Below, piece by piece: positions 28,487-39,539 of a stretch of DNA of 64,000 bases; position 1 is the stretch's first letter; each line of letters starts with the position of its first letter. The DNA comes from Promethearchaeota archaeon (GTDB lineage: Archaea > Asgardarchaeota > Lokiarchaeia > Sigyniarchaeales > SOKP01). Where the stretch lies: assembly GCA_019058445.1 (NCBI GenBank), contig JAHPZA010000002.1, positions 1-64,000 of the forward strand. Reading direction: 5' to 3'. The translations under genes were made by a program, and so were the position numbers. The notes beneath the pieces were generated by a model. It was given only the letters and a program-made list of their open reading frames with translations. It was not told the DNA's origin and made no database searches.

Positions 28487-30250
28487 ATGTCTAAAGAGAA
28501 TACGAATAAAATAGAAATTAGGGATGGAAAAAGATATTTTGAAGATGCTTGGATGGAAAAAAAAGGGGATCTCTATGTTATGCACTTAAAAGGCTCACCT
28601 TATGAAATAGGATATCAGCATGGCATGTTAATGAGTGAGGAGATTAAACAGGGAGCAGTGGAATTCTATGCTGATCCCATTATGGGAGGGAGAAAAAGTA
28701 GATCTCCACTAATTTGGTTGATTCGTCAATATCTAAATAAAAAGGTATATAATCCAATAAAAAAAGCCCAGACAGCGGAACTTTTAGAGCAACTTAAGGG
28801 TATAGCAGATGGAAGTGGGATTTCTTACAAAACAATTTTTAAAGCAAATCATCATACTGCAGTTACAATGGTAATGACTCCAGTACTAATCAAAAAATAT
28901 CTAAAAAATTTCAATAAAATGGGAATAAAAGTCGGAGGATGTAGTACTTTTGTCGCTACAAAAGAAGCTACCTCAAACGGAAAGACGATAGTAGGGAGAA
29001 ATACTGATTATGGAGGAATTGAGCACTGGCCTAAATTTCAAACGGTATCCTTTGTCGAGCCGGAAGAAGGCTTAAAGTATGTTCAAATTGGTACTGCGGG
29101 TATAATTATGTGGGCACCTGGTATGAATGAAAAAGGAATCGTTGTTTGTGCGCATTACATGATTTATGACGATATTATGCCGAATGGTTTAAGTATTGCA
29201 GCCTTCACAGACGAAATTTTGCGTAAAGCAGAAAAGTTAGATGATGCCTTAAATATATTGAATAATAATCCGCGTGGAGTCTCAGGGGGATTTGTAATAA
29301 CGGATGGGAATAAAAAAGATGCTTTTGCAGCAGAAGTAAGTACTGGAAAAGCTACCATTAGACGGATGGAAAACAATAGAGTAATTATGACTAATATGGC
29401 AGTTTCAGAAGAGAAGCGTCAAATTGATTTTGTATCCAGATTTAATCTCAATGAAGGATGCCCAGGTCGATATCGCAGATTAATGCACCTTATTGATGAA
29501 AATTATGGAAATATTGATGCGAATAAAGCTGCGGAGTTTATGGGCGATCATGTACGTTTTACGACAGGAAGCGAACGGTGTGCATATGGAATAGTAGCCG
29601 TAGACGATAATGTGAATTCGATGGTTTTTTCACCGGAAGAGTTAAGACTCTGGATTGCTGCGGGACCGGCACCGGTTTGTAATAATCCCTATATAGGATT
29701 TGATTTTAAAGAAGAAATAAACGGAAATCAATCAAAAATATCACCTGAGATTCTGGAGGGCTACCAATTTGAGAATTTAAAAAAGCGCATTGGAATGCAA
29801 AAGTTTAATCAAGCCTATATCATCCATGAAGCGAATCCATCTCAAGTGAATGAGATGATTCATTTAATCAAAGAAGCTATTGAACAAGATCCAGAAGAAG
29901 TCATATATTACCAAATGGTGGCAAAATTATTACTCCATGAGGGTAATTATAATGAAGCTATCAATTTTGTTGAAAATGCTCTTAACTTAAAACAATCGTT
30001 AAATGAGAAAGCTCATAACCGTCTTCTTCTAGGAATTCTATATGATCTTAAAGGGGATCGAGAAAAAGCACTCGAATATTATAAAGAAATAAGAGTATTA
30101 ACAAAAAGAGAAGTCCGGGATCCGTGGTTTAAAGTTAATGCCATGATAGACACATTTGCTCAAGTTTATATCAAAAAGCCGTTCACTAAAAAAAATCTAA
30201 AAGATCGCTCAGTTTTAATTGATTTCTCACAAGGTTCAGGAATAGAATGA
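28487..30250 (+). CDS. C45-family Ntn hydrolase with C-terminal TPR repeats
   Basis: GSPYEIGYQHG, LKGIADGSG, GG|CSTFVA, GRNTDY, GMNEKG, MTN; TPR-like AIEQDP..YYQMVAKLL..GNYNEA. Confidence 0.8.
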   Translation: MSKENTNKIEIRDGKRYFEDAWMEKKGDLYVMHLKGSPYEIGYQHGMLMSEEIKQGAVEFYADPIMGGRKSRSPLIWLIRQYLNKKVYNPIKKAQTAELLEQLKGIADGSGISYKTIFKANHHTAVTMVMTPVLIKKYLKNFNKMGIKVGGCSTFVATKEATSNGKTIVGRNTDYGGIEHWPKFQTVSFVEPEEGLKYVQIGTAGIIMWAPGMNEKGIVVCAHYMIYDDIMPNGLSIAAFTDEILRKAEKLDDALNILNNNPRGVSGGFVITDGNKKDAFAAEVSTGKATIRRMENNRVIMTNMAVSEEKRQIDFVSRFNLNEGCPGRYRRLMHLIDENYGNIDANKAAEFMGDHVRFTTGSERCAYGIVAVDDNVNSMVFSPEELRLWIAAGPAPVCNNPYIGFDFKEEINGNQSKISPEILEGYQFENLKKRIGMQKFNQAYIIHEANPSQVNEMIHLIKEAIEQDPEEVIYYQMVAKLLLHEGNYNEAINFVENALNLKQSLNEKAHNRLLLGILYDLKGDREKALEYYKEIRVLTKREVRDPWFKVNAMIDTFAQVYIKKPFTKKNLKDRSVLIDFSQGSGIE

Positions 30251-30296
30251 AAAAAAAGTTTTTTAGTAAAATAAACTCTCTTTTTAAAATTTTTTT

Positions 30297-31682
30297 TCAT
30301 TTAAAGTTCGGTAAATATTCCCCTTGTACTTTCATCATCTCATTATATATATTTTCAGCTATTTCAAAACTTCCGCAGTTTACGTCCATGGCAATACAGG
30401 CAATAGCAAGATCTTTTGATTCTTTGAGAACCGCTTCGACACAAACATCTTGAATCGAAGCTTCGATTCTTAACAGTGCTGTGATATTTTTCGGAATATG
30501 TCCAAGTTTAATCCCATGAACACCATCTTTATCAGCGATTCCGGAACATTCGATGACTAAATCCTGCGGGAGATTTTCGATTATCCCATCATTCGGAATA
30601 TTGACCGCAATCTCATGCGTTTTTTTATCTTTGATAATCTCTTCAATAATCGGTATTGCTCTCTCTCCAGATGGTACATCTATCAGAATTCCTTTCTCAG
30701 GATATTTTCCTCTTAAAAGCTTTTTGTAGTATCTTTGATATCTTTTATTCATCCAGATTTTACCAGCTTCCATCCTTTTGATCCAATCATCTAGATCCTC
30801 ATATTTGGTATGATTTGAACCTATTTGCACATATTCACAGAGATGATTATCTCCAACATAAGGGAAACATCCAAAGCGTTTATAGACCTCGAAAGTTAAG
30901 TCAGCATACTTAAACCTATCCCATTTATCTTGATAGAAATTCATACATCTTGAGTTAAATTTAGGCAATAAATTTTCACCAGTTCGTTTGTCATTTAATC
31001 CGAGTATAAACGCAAAATGATTTAATCCACCAACCGTAATTTTAGTATTAATAGAGGTATCTTTGCGTAGTTTTTTTTTATCATCCTCAGATAATGCATT
31101 CAGTTTATCTGGTTGCAGTTTATCATTTAGGATATAAGGAAGATCCGGTAATAGTAAATGGATTTGATGACAAAGTCCCACGGAATTTAATTCTGGAACA
31201 GCTCTTTTAATCGCCAAACAAATTCGAGACATAGGATTGGAATAATTTATGAAAAATACATGAGGATTTGCCATAAATGCTGCCTTAGCGATTTTTACGC
31301 ATTCAGGGATTTGTCGTGCTGAGTGAAAAAATCCTCCAGGCCCTCCATTTTCGGCCATCATTTCTGTAGTCCCATAACTATGTGGTATCCTATGGTCTAT
31401 CCAGCGATATTTAAATCTATCTCCGTGTTCAATAGATAAAATCACGAAATCCGCATCTTTTACTCCTGTTTTTAAGTCAGTTGTTTTCTCTATGTTAAAT
31501 ATTTCTCCTCTCATTTTATTTTCTTGATCGATGATGTCATAAATCATATTCAACTTTCTTTCATCAATATCGACTAACGTAATGGTCGATCCAGGTAAAA
31601 TTTTGCTCAAATATATATCACTAAGAGATACTGGTCCAAAAGCAGCGCTACCTGCACCAAAAAGGGCAATCTTTTTATCCAT
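30297..31682 (-). CDS. Glycoside hydrolase family 4 (NAD/Mn-dependent alpha-galactosidase/glucosidase-like)
   Basis: GAGSAAF, GPGGFF, NYSNP, GLCH, GLNH, VNIPN.G.I.NLP. Confidence 0.9.
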   Translation of the reverse strand: MDKKIALFGAGSAAFGPVSLSDIYLSKILPGSTITLVDIDERKLNMIYDIIDQENKMRGEIFNIEKTTDLKTGVKDADFVILSIEHGDRFKYRWIDHRIPHSYGTTEMMAENGGPGGFFHSARQIPECVKIAKAAFMANPHVFFINYSNPMSRICLAIKRAVPELNSVGLCHQIHLLLPDLPYILNDKLQPDKLNALSEDDKKKLRKDTSINTKITVGGLNHFAFILGLNDKRTGENLLPKFNSRCMNFYQDKWDRFKYADLTFEVYKRFGCFPYVGDNHLCEYVQIGSNHTKYEDLDDWIKRMEAGKIWMNKRYQRYYKKLLRGKYPEKGILIDVPSGERAIPIIEEIIKDKKTHEIAVNIPNDGIIENLPQDLVIECSGIADKDGVHGIKLGHIPKNITALLRIEASIQDVCVEAVLKESKDLAIACIAMDVNCGSFEIAENIYNEMMKVQGEYLPNFK

Positions 31683-31791
31683 ATATCGGAAAATTGTAAA
31701 TTTCTATTAAAGTATTTTATTATATTTAATCAATTTAAAAATAGTAAAAATAGTAAAAAGATAGAAAAAAATAGAGTAAATAAACTTAATT

Positions 31792-33384
31792 TTAAGGGCT
31801 AAAACCTGATTCTGCTGCACTGCTTGCTCTAATAATTCGATCTACTCGCAGTATTAAATTAGCTAGCTCACTACCTGACTTTATAAGGTAAGTAATTAAT
31901 TCGGCAGGCTCAACAATTCCTCTTTGAAAATTGTCTCCAATAGTATTAGTGATAGTATCAATTCCAATCCATTTGTCATTATCGGTTTTATGGGCTGCAC
32001 GTAATTCAGTTAATTTTTCGATCTCTTCAAGACCGGCATTTCTGATTAAAGTTTTGGGAACTTCTTCAAGCGCGAGTGCAAAAGCACTAACAGCTAATTG
32101 CTCCTTACCAGAAATCTCGTTGGCATAGGCTCTTAATCTTTTCGCAAGTTCGATATATACTGCTCCACCTCCGGCAACAACCATTTGTGTATCAATAATT
32201 TTCGCAATAACAGAAAGTACATCATTTAATGAAATTTCAGCAGTAGTCAAAACATTTTCAATGCCTCCTTTAAGTAATATGGATACACTTTTAGGATTTT
32301 TACATCCTTCGAAAAAGGTATAATCAGTATCTCCTATCTTTTCGAATTTAACAGTATCCGCATATCCTAAGTCATTTTCAGATAATAGTTTAATATCATC
32401 GATAAAATTCGCACCAGTGGCTTTTAAAACTGCTTTATAATCCTTCTCTCCTACATTTTTTATAGCAGCAATGCCCTCTTTTGCTAAATATGCCCCGAAT
32501 TTATCAGAAATATCATTGTTATTTACAATCATAGTGGTGCCTAAATCTTTAAAGATTTTCATATAGTCCTGAAGAATTTGATCTTCTTGGTCCAAAAATT
32601 TTTGAATATCTTCGGGATTATAAATCTGAATTTGAGCATCAAATTCGGTTTTGGTGATATCTAATTTTTTTCTAATGACAGCTATTTTTACATCTTTTAA
32701 AGAATCTGGCATGCTCGGATTAACTTTTTCCTTATCAATATAGACACCGGATATGAGCTCAGAATCTTTAAGAGACTTTCCTTGAGCCTTTACGATTTTG
32801 ATATCATCTATTTTATTGTAAACATTTTCATCTTCTATATGCTTAACTGCTCTCAGAGCCAAATCTGCGAAAAAATCTTTTAATGGAGCAATGTCTTGTG
32901 AATTCATAGCAGTCAATGCTGCATTTTTGAGGACAGCATTATCATCTTTTGAAATTTTAGTTGCTATTTCTTTTACAATTTTAATCGCCTTGTCAGCTGC
33001 TAATTTGTAGCCATGAGTAATATGTTTTGGATGAATGTCCTGTTCGATTAAATCTAATGCATTTTGAAGGAGAGTTGCAGCAAAAATAACTGCAGATGTT
33101 GTGCCATCTCCTATTTCTTCGTCAATTGCTTTTGCTACGTTTACCATCATTATTGCTGACACATTTTCAATATCCAGTTTCTTTAAAATCTCTGCTCCAT
33201 CATTGGTTATGGTAATATCACCCATGGAATCCACCAGCATTTTTGCCATTCCTTTTGGTCCTAGAGTAGACTTAACTGTTTCTGCGATTGCCATCATAGC
33301 ATTAATATTTTGAATACGTGCTTCTTTTTCCCTAACTTCCTCGGAACCTTCCTTTAGAACTATTACGGGTACACCAAAAGACAT
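31792..33384 (-). CDS. Thermosome (group II chaperonin) subunit
   Basis: STLGPKGM, ITNDGA, GDGTTS, VAGGGA, ILRVD. Confidence 0.95.
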   Translation of the reverse strand: MSFGVPVIVLKEGSEEVREKEARIQNINAMMAIAETVKSTLGPKGMAKMLVDSMGDITITNDGAEILKKLDIENVSAIMMVNVAKAIDEEIGDGTTSAVIFAATLLQNALDLIEQDIHPKHITHGYKLAADKAIKIVKEIATKISKDDNAVLKNAALTAMNSQDIAPLKDFFADLALRAVKHIEDENVYNKIDDIKIVKAQGKSLKDSELISGVYIDKEKVNPSMPDSLKDVKIAVIRKKLDITKTEFDAQIQIYNPEDIQKFLDQEDQILQDYMKIFKDLGTTMIVNNNDISDKFGAYLAKEGIAAIKNVGEKDYKAVLKATGANFIDDIKLLSENDLGYADTVKFEKIGDTDYTFFEGCKNPKSVSILLKGGIENVLTTAEISLNDVLSVIAKIIDTQMVVAGGGAVYIELAKRLRAYANEISGKEQLAVSAFALALEEVPKTLIRNAGLEEIEKLTELRAAHKTDNDKWIGIDTITNTIGDNFQRGIVEPAELITYLIKSGSELANLILRVDRIIRASSAAESGFSP

Positions 33385-33635
33385 CTTAATTCATCCTTTT
33401 GATATTTTAATTTAATTCAATTATATTATGTTAGATCTATCGAATACATAATCAAATAAAGATTTTATGATTTGGGGATCTTTAAATACTGTTTTTTTTT
33501 TAATAATGTTCAATTTGAAATACTGAAAAGTTTTAAATATTGAAAAATGTTAATTTAACTGTAAAATTTCAAAAAATTTTACAAAAAACCTTCAACAGAT
33601 CCTAATTATATAAAACTACTCATATTTGACTTTGG

Positions 33636-34112
33636 TTGTACATATTGAAAAAGGAACTCGATGAAATTGATCGAAATATTTTGAGTATTTTACAAGAAGA
33701 TGCCAGAAAATCGTATCGTGAAATTCAGAACGAACTGAATATTTCGATTGGAACAATTCATAATCGCATATCAAAATTAAAAGAGAGAGGCGTGATCTCA
33801 GGCTATACGCTTAAATTAAATAATGCAGAATTAGGCTATAAACTAACATTCCTCATCAGAATCCAGGTGGACGGAAAATTCACTCCAGAAATATTAGAAG
33901 ATATTTCAAAGATTCCTGAGGTTTGTTCTGTATTTCATACAACGGGAGAACAATCTGCGGCTTTAATATGCCGATTTAAAGAATCGGACGAGGTACATCA
34001 ATTTATAAGGGAACTGAATGAGAGAGAACACATCGTTAAAACTAACTCAAACATGGTATTAAAAGAATATAAAAATTCTGCGTATGTCGAAATACCTAAA
34101 ACCGAGACATAA
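33636..34112 (+). CDS. Lrp/AsnC family transcriptional regulator
   Basis: LDEIDRNILSILQEDARKSYREI..ISIGTIHNRISKL; TTGE in the RAM domain. Confidence 0.9.
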   Translation: MYILKKELDEIDRNILSILQEDARKSYREIQNELNISIGTIHNRISKLKERGVISGYTLKLNNAELGYKLTFLIRIQVDGKFTPEILEDISKIPEVCSVFHTTGEQSAALICRFKESDEVHQFIRELNEREHIVKTNSNMVLKEYKNSAYVEIPKTET

Positions 34113-34169
34113 ATGAATCCTTGCTAATTATAATCGGAAGTTTGAATTTCCTTTAATCACTTGATGTTA

Positions 34170-34568
34170 TTAATCCTCGGCATTAAAATCTAATGCGACA
34201 GAATTAATACAATATCGTAAATTTGTAGGTTTTGGGCCATCGTTAAAAACATGCCCTAAATGACCTTGGCATTTACTACAGAGAACTTCGGTCCTTACCA
34301 TCCCATAGCTTAGATCGCTTTTATTTTCAATACTATCTGATGTTATAGGTTCATAAAAGCTCGGCCAACCCGTCCCAGAATCAAATTTTGTTTCAGAATC
34401 GAATAGAGGAGTACCACATCCGGCACATTTATAAATTCCCTTTTTATGGTTATTCCAATATTTACCAGTAAAGGGGGATTCTGTCCCTTTTTGTCGCAAG
34501 ATATAATACTGTTCGTCAGTTAAAATTTTCTTCCATTTATCTTTTATACTTTCTTCAGTTGATTTCAT
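34170..34568 (-). CDS. msrB: Peptide-methionine (R)-S-oxide reductase
   Basis: [43 protein letters not shown]; ATG at 34568 preferred over the upstream TTG. Confidence 0.95.
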   Translation of the reverse strand: MKSTEESIKDKWKKILTDEQYYILRQKGTESPFTGKYWNNHKKGIYKCAGCGTPLFDSETKFDSGTGWPSFYEPITSDSIENKSDLSYGMVRTEVLCSKCQGHLGHVFNDGPKPTNLRYCINSVALDFNAED

Positions 34569-34668
34569 AGGATAAATATAGAAAGAAAGCTTTAACAATG
34601 AATTTATTTTAAAAAATCGATAAAAAAGTAATCTTAATTTAGTAAGTAAGAAGAAATGAAATGACTAT

Positions 34669-35082
34669 TTATTTTTTATAAACGTCATCAGGATTAAATA
34701 CGGGTTTTCCTCGAGTGATAAGTTTTCCCTCAACGAATTCTCTGTGAAAACATGAATAAAATCCCGTGTGACAAGCCGCTACTTTCTGTTTTACTTTTAA
34801 AAGAATTGTATCGCGATAACAATCAATAAAAATGTTTTGAATTTCTTGAATGTGTCCACTTTCCTCTCCTTTTTTCCACAATTTTTTACGTGATCGTGAA
34901 TAATAGCATGCAATGCCCGTTTCTAAAGATTGACGTACGGCTTCCTCATTTGCAAAGGCGAGCATTAAAACTTCATTAGTTTTATAATCCTGTGCGATCA
35001 TCGGGACTACTCCACCTTCAATTTTTGAAAAATCTAATAATTCAATGAATTTATCAATTTCATTCTGAGAAAATTTCTTCAT
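34669..35082 (-). CDS. hisI: Phosphoribosyl-AMP cyclohydrolase
   Basis: YYSRSR.KLWKKGEESGH, ACHTGFYSCF; metal motif reads DCYRD; likely start MKKFSQ (35082). Confidence 0.9.
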   Translation of the reverse strand: MKKFSQNEIDKFIELLDFSKIEGGVVPMIAQDYKTNEVLMLAFANEEAVRQSLETGIACYYSRSRKKLWKKGEESGHIQEIQNIFIDCYRDTILLKVKQKVAACHTGFYSCFHREFVEGKLITRGKPVFNPDDVYKK

Positions 35083-35171
35083 AATATTATCAAGTGAACG
35101 GTAACAAAAAAAATTCTTTATTTTATGATTTATTATAATAATTATCACTTTAGGAAAATATTTTGATTACT

Positions 35172-36314
35172 ATGGCTAAAAAGCAAAAAGAGTTTTATAT
35201 GGATCCATGGAGCGCACAAAGTATTGACGAAGAAGATTATGAGCGGCTGATAAAAGAATTTGGTATTGAACGTGTTGGAGAAATAGAGCGGCAAAAATTA
35301 ATTGATAACCGGTTTATCCGACGAAAAATTATATTTGGACACCGTTCACTCGAAGATATTTTTAAAGCAGTAGAAAAGAAGCAACCGTGGGCGGTGATGA
35401 GTGGTATTAAACCTTCTGGTCCATTTCATTTAGGAACGTTAACCACTGCCTTAGAAATTGTTGAATTTCAAAAAATGGGGGGGAAAGCTTATTATTGTAT
35501 AGCAGATATCGAATCCTGGGAAGATAATGGAATCCCTTATGAGGATGCAGAAGAAGATGGAATAGATAATCTCGCCGATATTTTAGCTTTAGGCTTGGAT
35601 CCTTCTCCAGATAAAGCCTATATATGGAGACAGTCTCAAGAGCCAGTAGTAAAAGATGCATGTTTTAAAGTAGGACGTCTCTTAACTCAAAATATGGTAA
35701 ATGCAATATATGGTGAAAAACCTTTTGGACTTTATCTTGCAGCATTGGTACAAGTCGGAGATATATTGTTACCTCAAATATTAGACGCTCCTCAGCCAAC
35801 GGTTGTTCCTGTGGGTATTGATCAAGACCCTCACATAAGATTAACCCGAGATTTAACACGCAGATACTATAAAGAAATTAAGAAGGGTGAAAAAATAGTC
35901 CGGAATGCATTTTTCCTTCCAGGAGCAACATATCATAAATTATTAGCTGGTTTAGATGGTACCGATAAAATGTCCAAAAGAAATCCGAATAGTTATTTTA
36001 CGTTTAATGAACCAATAGAATCCATAACCAAAAAATTGAAAGGTGCCCTTACAGGTGGAAGAAGGAATAAAAAGGAGCAGCAAGAATTAGGGGGAGAACC
36101 CCAAAAATGCATGATTTACAAAATTTTAACCTATCATTTTGAAGAAGATGATGAGAAATTAGCTGATGATTTTGAGAAATGTGTGAAAGGAGAACTCATG
36201 TGCGGTGAACATAAGAAAGAATGTATTGAAAAAGTTATTAAATTCATAGAAAATCATCGAGAGAAAAAGGAAAAGTGTATAGATAAGGCAAGAGAACTTT
36301 TAAAGGTAGATTAA
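35172..36314 (+). CDS. trpS: Tryptophanyl-tRNA synthetase (archaeal type)
   Basis: DPW, RRKIIFGHR, PSGPFHLG (HIGH), QVGDIL.PQ, VPVGIDQDPH, KMSKR, TGGR, CGEHK. Confidence 0.92.
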   Translation: MAKKQKEFYMDPWSAQSIDEEDYERLIKEFGIERVGEIERQKLIDNRFIRRKIIFGHRSLEDIFKAVEKKQPWAVMSGIKPSGPFHLGTLTTALEIVEFQKMGGKAYYCIADIESWEDNGIPYEDAEEDGIDNLADILALGLDPSPDKAYIWRQSQEPVVKDACFKVGRLLTQNMVNAIYGEKPFGLYLAALVQVGDILLPQILDAPQPTVVPVGIDQDPHIRLTRDLTRRYYKEIKKGEKIVRNAFFLPGATYHKLLAGLDGTDKMSKRNPNSYFTFNEPIESITKKLKGALTGGRRNKKEQQELGGEPQKCMIYKILTYHFEEDDEKLADDFEKCVKGELMCGEHKKECIEKVIKFIENHREKKEKCIDKARELLKVD

Positions 36315-36381
36315 GCTAATTTTGATTTTTTAAATACTTTTTAAAAGATTTATTTTAGGAATTTTTATTCTTAATGATAAT

Positions 36382-37314
36382 TCAGGGCAGTATTGCATCT
36401 AAAATCTTGGATATATCTTCTACTAAATCGGAAAATTTATCTAATAACTTTTCTTTAAATTTTTCTTCAAGTACTATAGATATATAGTAAGGATTGTTTC
36501 TAATCTTAATTTTATGTAAGTATGACAGCAATTTATTCTCAAGATCAAAGAAGTTATAATCTGAGTTATAATCCTCTTCTTGCATTCTCTTTAGTAGAAA
36601 GAGATGTTCTTTAATCGATTCTAGTAATTCAATATATATTTCGGGATCGATTAATTCCCGATAAAATTCACTTATAATTATTCCATTCTGGTCGAATAGG
36701 ATTAGCGAAGTTGCGTCTAATCTGTTTACTAAATAATCTTCCACTAATAATGATAGTTCAAAAAATTTCTCATCAAAAATAGAGAGCCCATAGGAAATCA
36801 AATGAATTATTGAGATGATATCGTAGATGGAGGTTTGTTGAAATAAGATTTTAAAGGTTGAGTAATTTTCTGTAATAAATTCACGTAATTCGTTAATTGA
36901 ATCGTGAATCTCATCAATGGTTCTTAGTTCGGGATCGTACTTATGAAATGAGACAATGATTGGTATATCCATCTCATTACTCATAAAGTATTGTAAAATA
37001 ACGTCTAAATACGAAAGAGATGTCTCAAATCGTTCTTTATCTTGAATATCAATTACATACACCAGTAAGTCAGTACCATCAAAATATGCATCTTGGTTTT
37101 TTCGATAATGTTTTCTGTAGATTTTTTGACCGCCCATATCCCAAAAAAAACAGAGATTGCCCAAGAATTCTGTTTGGTGATATTGCACTCTTATAGTAGG
37201 TTTTAATTCCATTATCTCTTGTTGGAAGTTATATTTCTTGTCAAGAGCGGTAAGTATACTCGTTTTTCCCGCGTTATCAAGCCCGCTGACAATTATTTTA
37301 ATCGCATTTTTCAT
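36382..37314 (-). CDS. Rag/Gtr-like small GTPase with C-terminal roadblock/longin domain
   Basis: G1 GLDNAGKTS, PT (G2), WDMGGQ, Rag-type G4 HKYD and G5 TSIYD; C-terminal LILFDQNGIIISEFY. Confidence 0.8.
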   Translation of the reverse strand: MKNAIKIIVSGLDNAGKTSILTALDKKYNFQQEIMELKPTIRVQYHQTEFLGNLCFFWDMGGQKIYRKHYRKNQDAYFDGTDLLVYVIDIQDKERFETSLSYLDVILQYFMSNEMDIPIIVSFHKYDPELRTIDEIHDSINELREFITENYSTFKILFQQTSIYDIISIIHLISYGLSIFDEKFFELSLLVEDYLVNRLDATSLILFDQNGIIISEFYRELIDPEIYIELLESIKEHLFLLKRMQEEDYNSDYNFFDLENKLLSYLHKIKIRNNPYYISIVLEEKFKEKLLDKFSDLVEDISKILDAILP

Positions 37315-37572
37315 CGAGACCACTTTCTCTTACAAATATTCATGAAATTTTTTAAACCTAATTATATAATTTGAATTCCTTAATAAAATATTATTGAATT
37401 TTTTAGTAATAAATCTAGTATTTAACCTTTGGAGAAATATTTGTTTATCTTTTCGTTCATTTATGTTCTTTTAGTAATATTATCATGATATTTCTGTCTT
37501 ATATCAATCATATACTCTTTTTTTAATACCGCTCACTTTTCATTCTTTAATCAATAGTATGAAACATATAAG

Positions 37573-37842
37573 TTGAGGCAAATGATTGAGATAGATTTAG
37601 ATTTGAAATTGGATAATAAATTTATGAAGAATTTGAATTATCAGATAGGTAAAAATGGTGTATTTTATAAGAAGCTTCCTATGTACTATGAACAATTATG
37701 TGACTTTAAAGCTCAATTCGGGGTAGAGGAAACAATCAAAATACTAAAGAAAAATTTTGAAGCAAAAAGACTAAGAGATGCATATGCAACAGTTATAGCC
37801 GAGTTTAAAGAATTATTAAATCAATATAATGAAAACAAGTAG
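37573..37842 (+). CDS. Hypothetical protein
   Basis: 89-aa ORF with coding-like composition; no motif recognised. Confidence 0.5.
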   Translation: MRQMIEIDLDLKLDNKFMKNLNYQIGKNGVFYKKLPMYYEQLCDFKAQFGVEETIKILKKNFEAKRLRDAYATVIAEFKELLNQYNENK

Positions 37843-38071
37843 TTTTTCCTGAGAGTTTTTTATTCCATACTGATTTCCATTTATTTCTTCAAAGATCATA
37901 AAAATCTTAATCCCATTTTAATTTAGGATTTCATTTTTATCGAAAATAGAAATCTTCTTTTTAAAGAAAGAGAATTTCGATCTGATATCACAAAATTATG
38001 TAAAAAACTCTAATTTTTATACAAAATCTTTTATCAAATTATCATAGATTTATAGAAGGTATGATAAGGAA

Positions 38072-38431
38072 ATGCATGATCGATTGAAATGGCTAGATCA
38101 CAACGGAAAAAAAATACTCTATAATGACTACCGAAACCTTGCTGGAGATGAAATGTTAAAACCCATAGAAGACATGAGTGGGGAAATTGCTTCTTTAGGG
38201 AAAAAAGATTTATTAATTTTATTAGATTTTAGAAATTCATTTGCCAATAAAGCCAATATTGAAGCACTAAGAAAATCTGGAGAAAGAAACAAAGCTTTTT
38301 ACAAAAAAACAGCAGTTCTCGGAATTACGGGTATAAAAAAGATTTTCCTTGAAATGATCAATAGACTTACTAATATAGGAGCAAAACCTTTCAATAGCGA
38401 AGAAGATGCAAAAAATTGGTTAGTAGCTTAA
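38072..38431 (+). CDS. Hypothetical protein, SpoIIAA/STAS-SEC14-like alpha/beta fold possible
   Basis: GKKILYNDY, LILLDFRN, KTAVLGITG.KK, F.SEEDAKNWL pattern. Confidence 0.6.
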   Translation: MHDRLKWLDHNGKKILYNDYRNLAGDEMLKPIEDMSGEIASLGKKDLLILLDFRNSFANKANIEALRKSGERNKAFYKKTAVLGITGIKKIFLEMINRLTNIGAKPFNSEEDAKNWLVA

Positions 38432-38507
38432 ATAAATCATAAGTTTTCTTATATTTTTTTTTAATATTGTAGTGCACATTATTTTAGATTTGTACATTCT
38501 TGAGAAG

Positions 38508-38930
38508 TTACTCACCAATCATCATACAATAAATTTCCCTGTTTCTCCCTTTTTCGTCGCATTCAATAAAAATAATCTGCTGCCACGTCCCTAAGAGTAA
38601 TCTTTGATTTTGAAAGGGAAATGTCATAGAAGTTTTGAGAAGAAAGCTTCGTAAATGTCCAGCTCCATTATGGTCTCCCCAGGTTCGATGATGTTTATAA
38701 TTTTTGTCGTAAGGGATAATTTTTTCAAGGAATTCTTCTATGTCATTTTTTACTAAGCCGGGCTCATACTCAGTCGTGGAGATTGCTCCCGTTGAGCCTC
38801 CAACATGAACATTAACTATTCCATCTCTGATATTACTAGAATTTATAGCATTTCGGACTTGTGGAGTTATATCAATTATATCACAATATGCATTTGTTCG
38901 CAATTTAAACGATTTTAAATCGACTGTCAT
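38508..38930 (-). CDS. yjbQ: YjbQ/UPF0047 family (secondary thiamine-phosphate synthase)
   Basis: DITPQV, GSTGAI..EYEPG, Y.HH...D.NG.GHLRS, LGTWQQI.F.E.D. Confidence 0.9.
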   Translation of the reverse strand: MTVDLKSFKLRTNAYCDIIDITPQVRNAINSSNIRDGIVNVHVGGSTGAISTTEYEPGLVKNDIEEFLEKIIPYDKNYKHHRTWGDHNGAGHLRSFLLKTSMTFPFQNQRLLLGTWQQIIFIECDEKGRNREIYCMMIGE

Positions 38931-39110
38931 AAGATGTTAATTGTATTACCATTTATTAATACATGGAAATGGATTCAGACAATCATTAAATTTAATTTTA
39001 GAAAAAGTAAATATAAGAAATTGGATTCAATCAAATTAATAAAAGTTTTTTTAGCAATTTTGCTTTATTCTTTTTATAATTAGAAATTATTATTAAAAAA
39101 TAGTAAAACT

Positions 39111-39539
39111 ATGAACAATAGATTAAAAGAATTTTTCAAGAAAATACACGATTCAAAGAATACTTTACCTCTCTACGCTACCATTATGATTCGTCCAGGT
39201 AAAAATATTATGGATTTTAAGATAAAAAAAGAAGAATCTAATATTTTAAAAATCATCGCACACGAATCTGATAGGAGAGGTTGGTTTTTACATTCTTATC
39301 ATATACCTCTTATAAATTTGGGTTTACCTAAAGACTCTAATCCGAATAATAAAGAGATTTTAGAGATTCTTAATAATCCCCGAGAAATTACTGCAGATAA
39401 AGCGACAAAGAACTTAATGGAAGAGATCTTGAGAAAATATACCGAGGTTCTTTCTGAAAGAAAAAAGCATTATTTCAGGACTAAGAGATTTAAGAAAAAG
39501 AAGGAATATAAAACAGGGACACAGTTGAAAGGATTTTAA
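39111..39539 (+). CDS. Hypothetical basic protein
   Basis: 142-aa ORF with Lys/Arg-rich C-terminus; no motif recognised. Confidence 0.55.
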   Translation: MNNRLKEFFKKIHDSKNTLPLYATIMIRPGKNIMDFKIKKEESNILKIIAHESDRRGWFLHSYHIPLINLGLPKDSNPNNKEILEILNNPREITADKATKNLMEEILRKYTEVLSERKKHYFRTKRFKKKKEYKTGTQLKGF

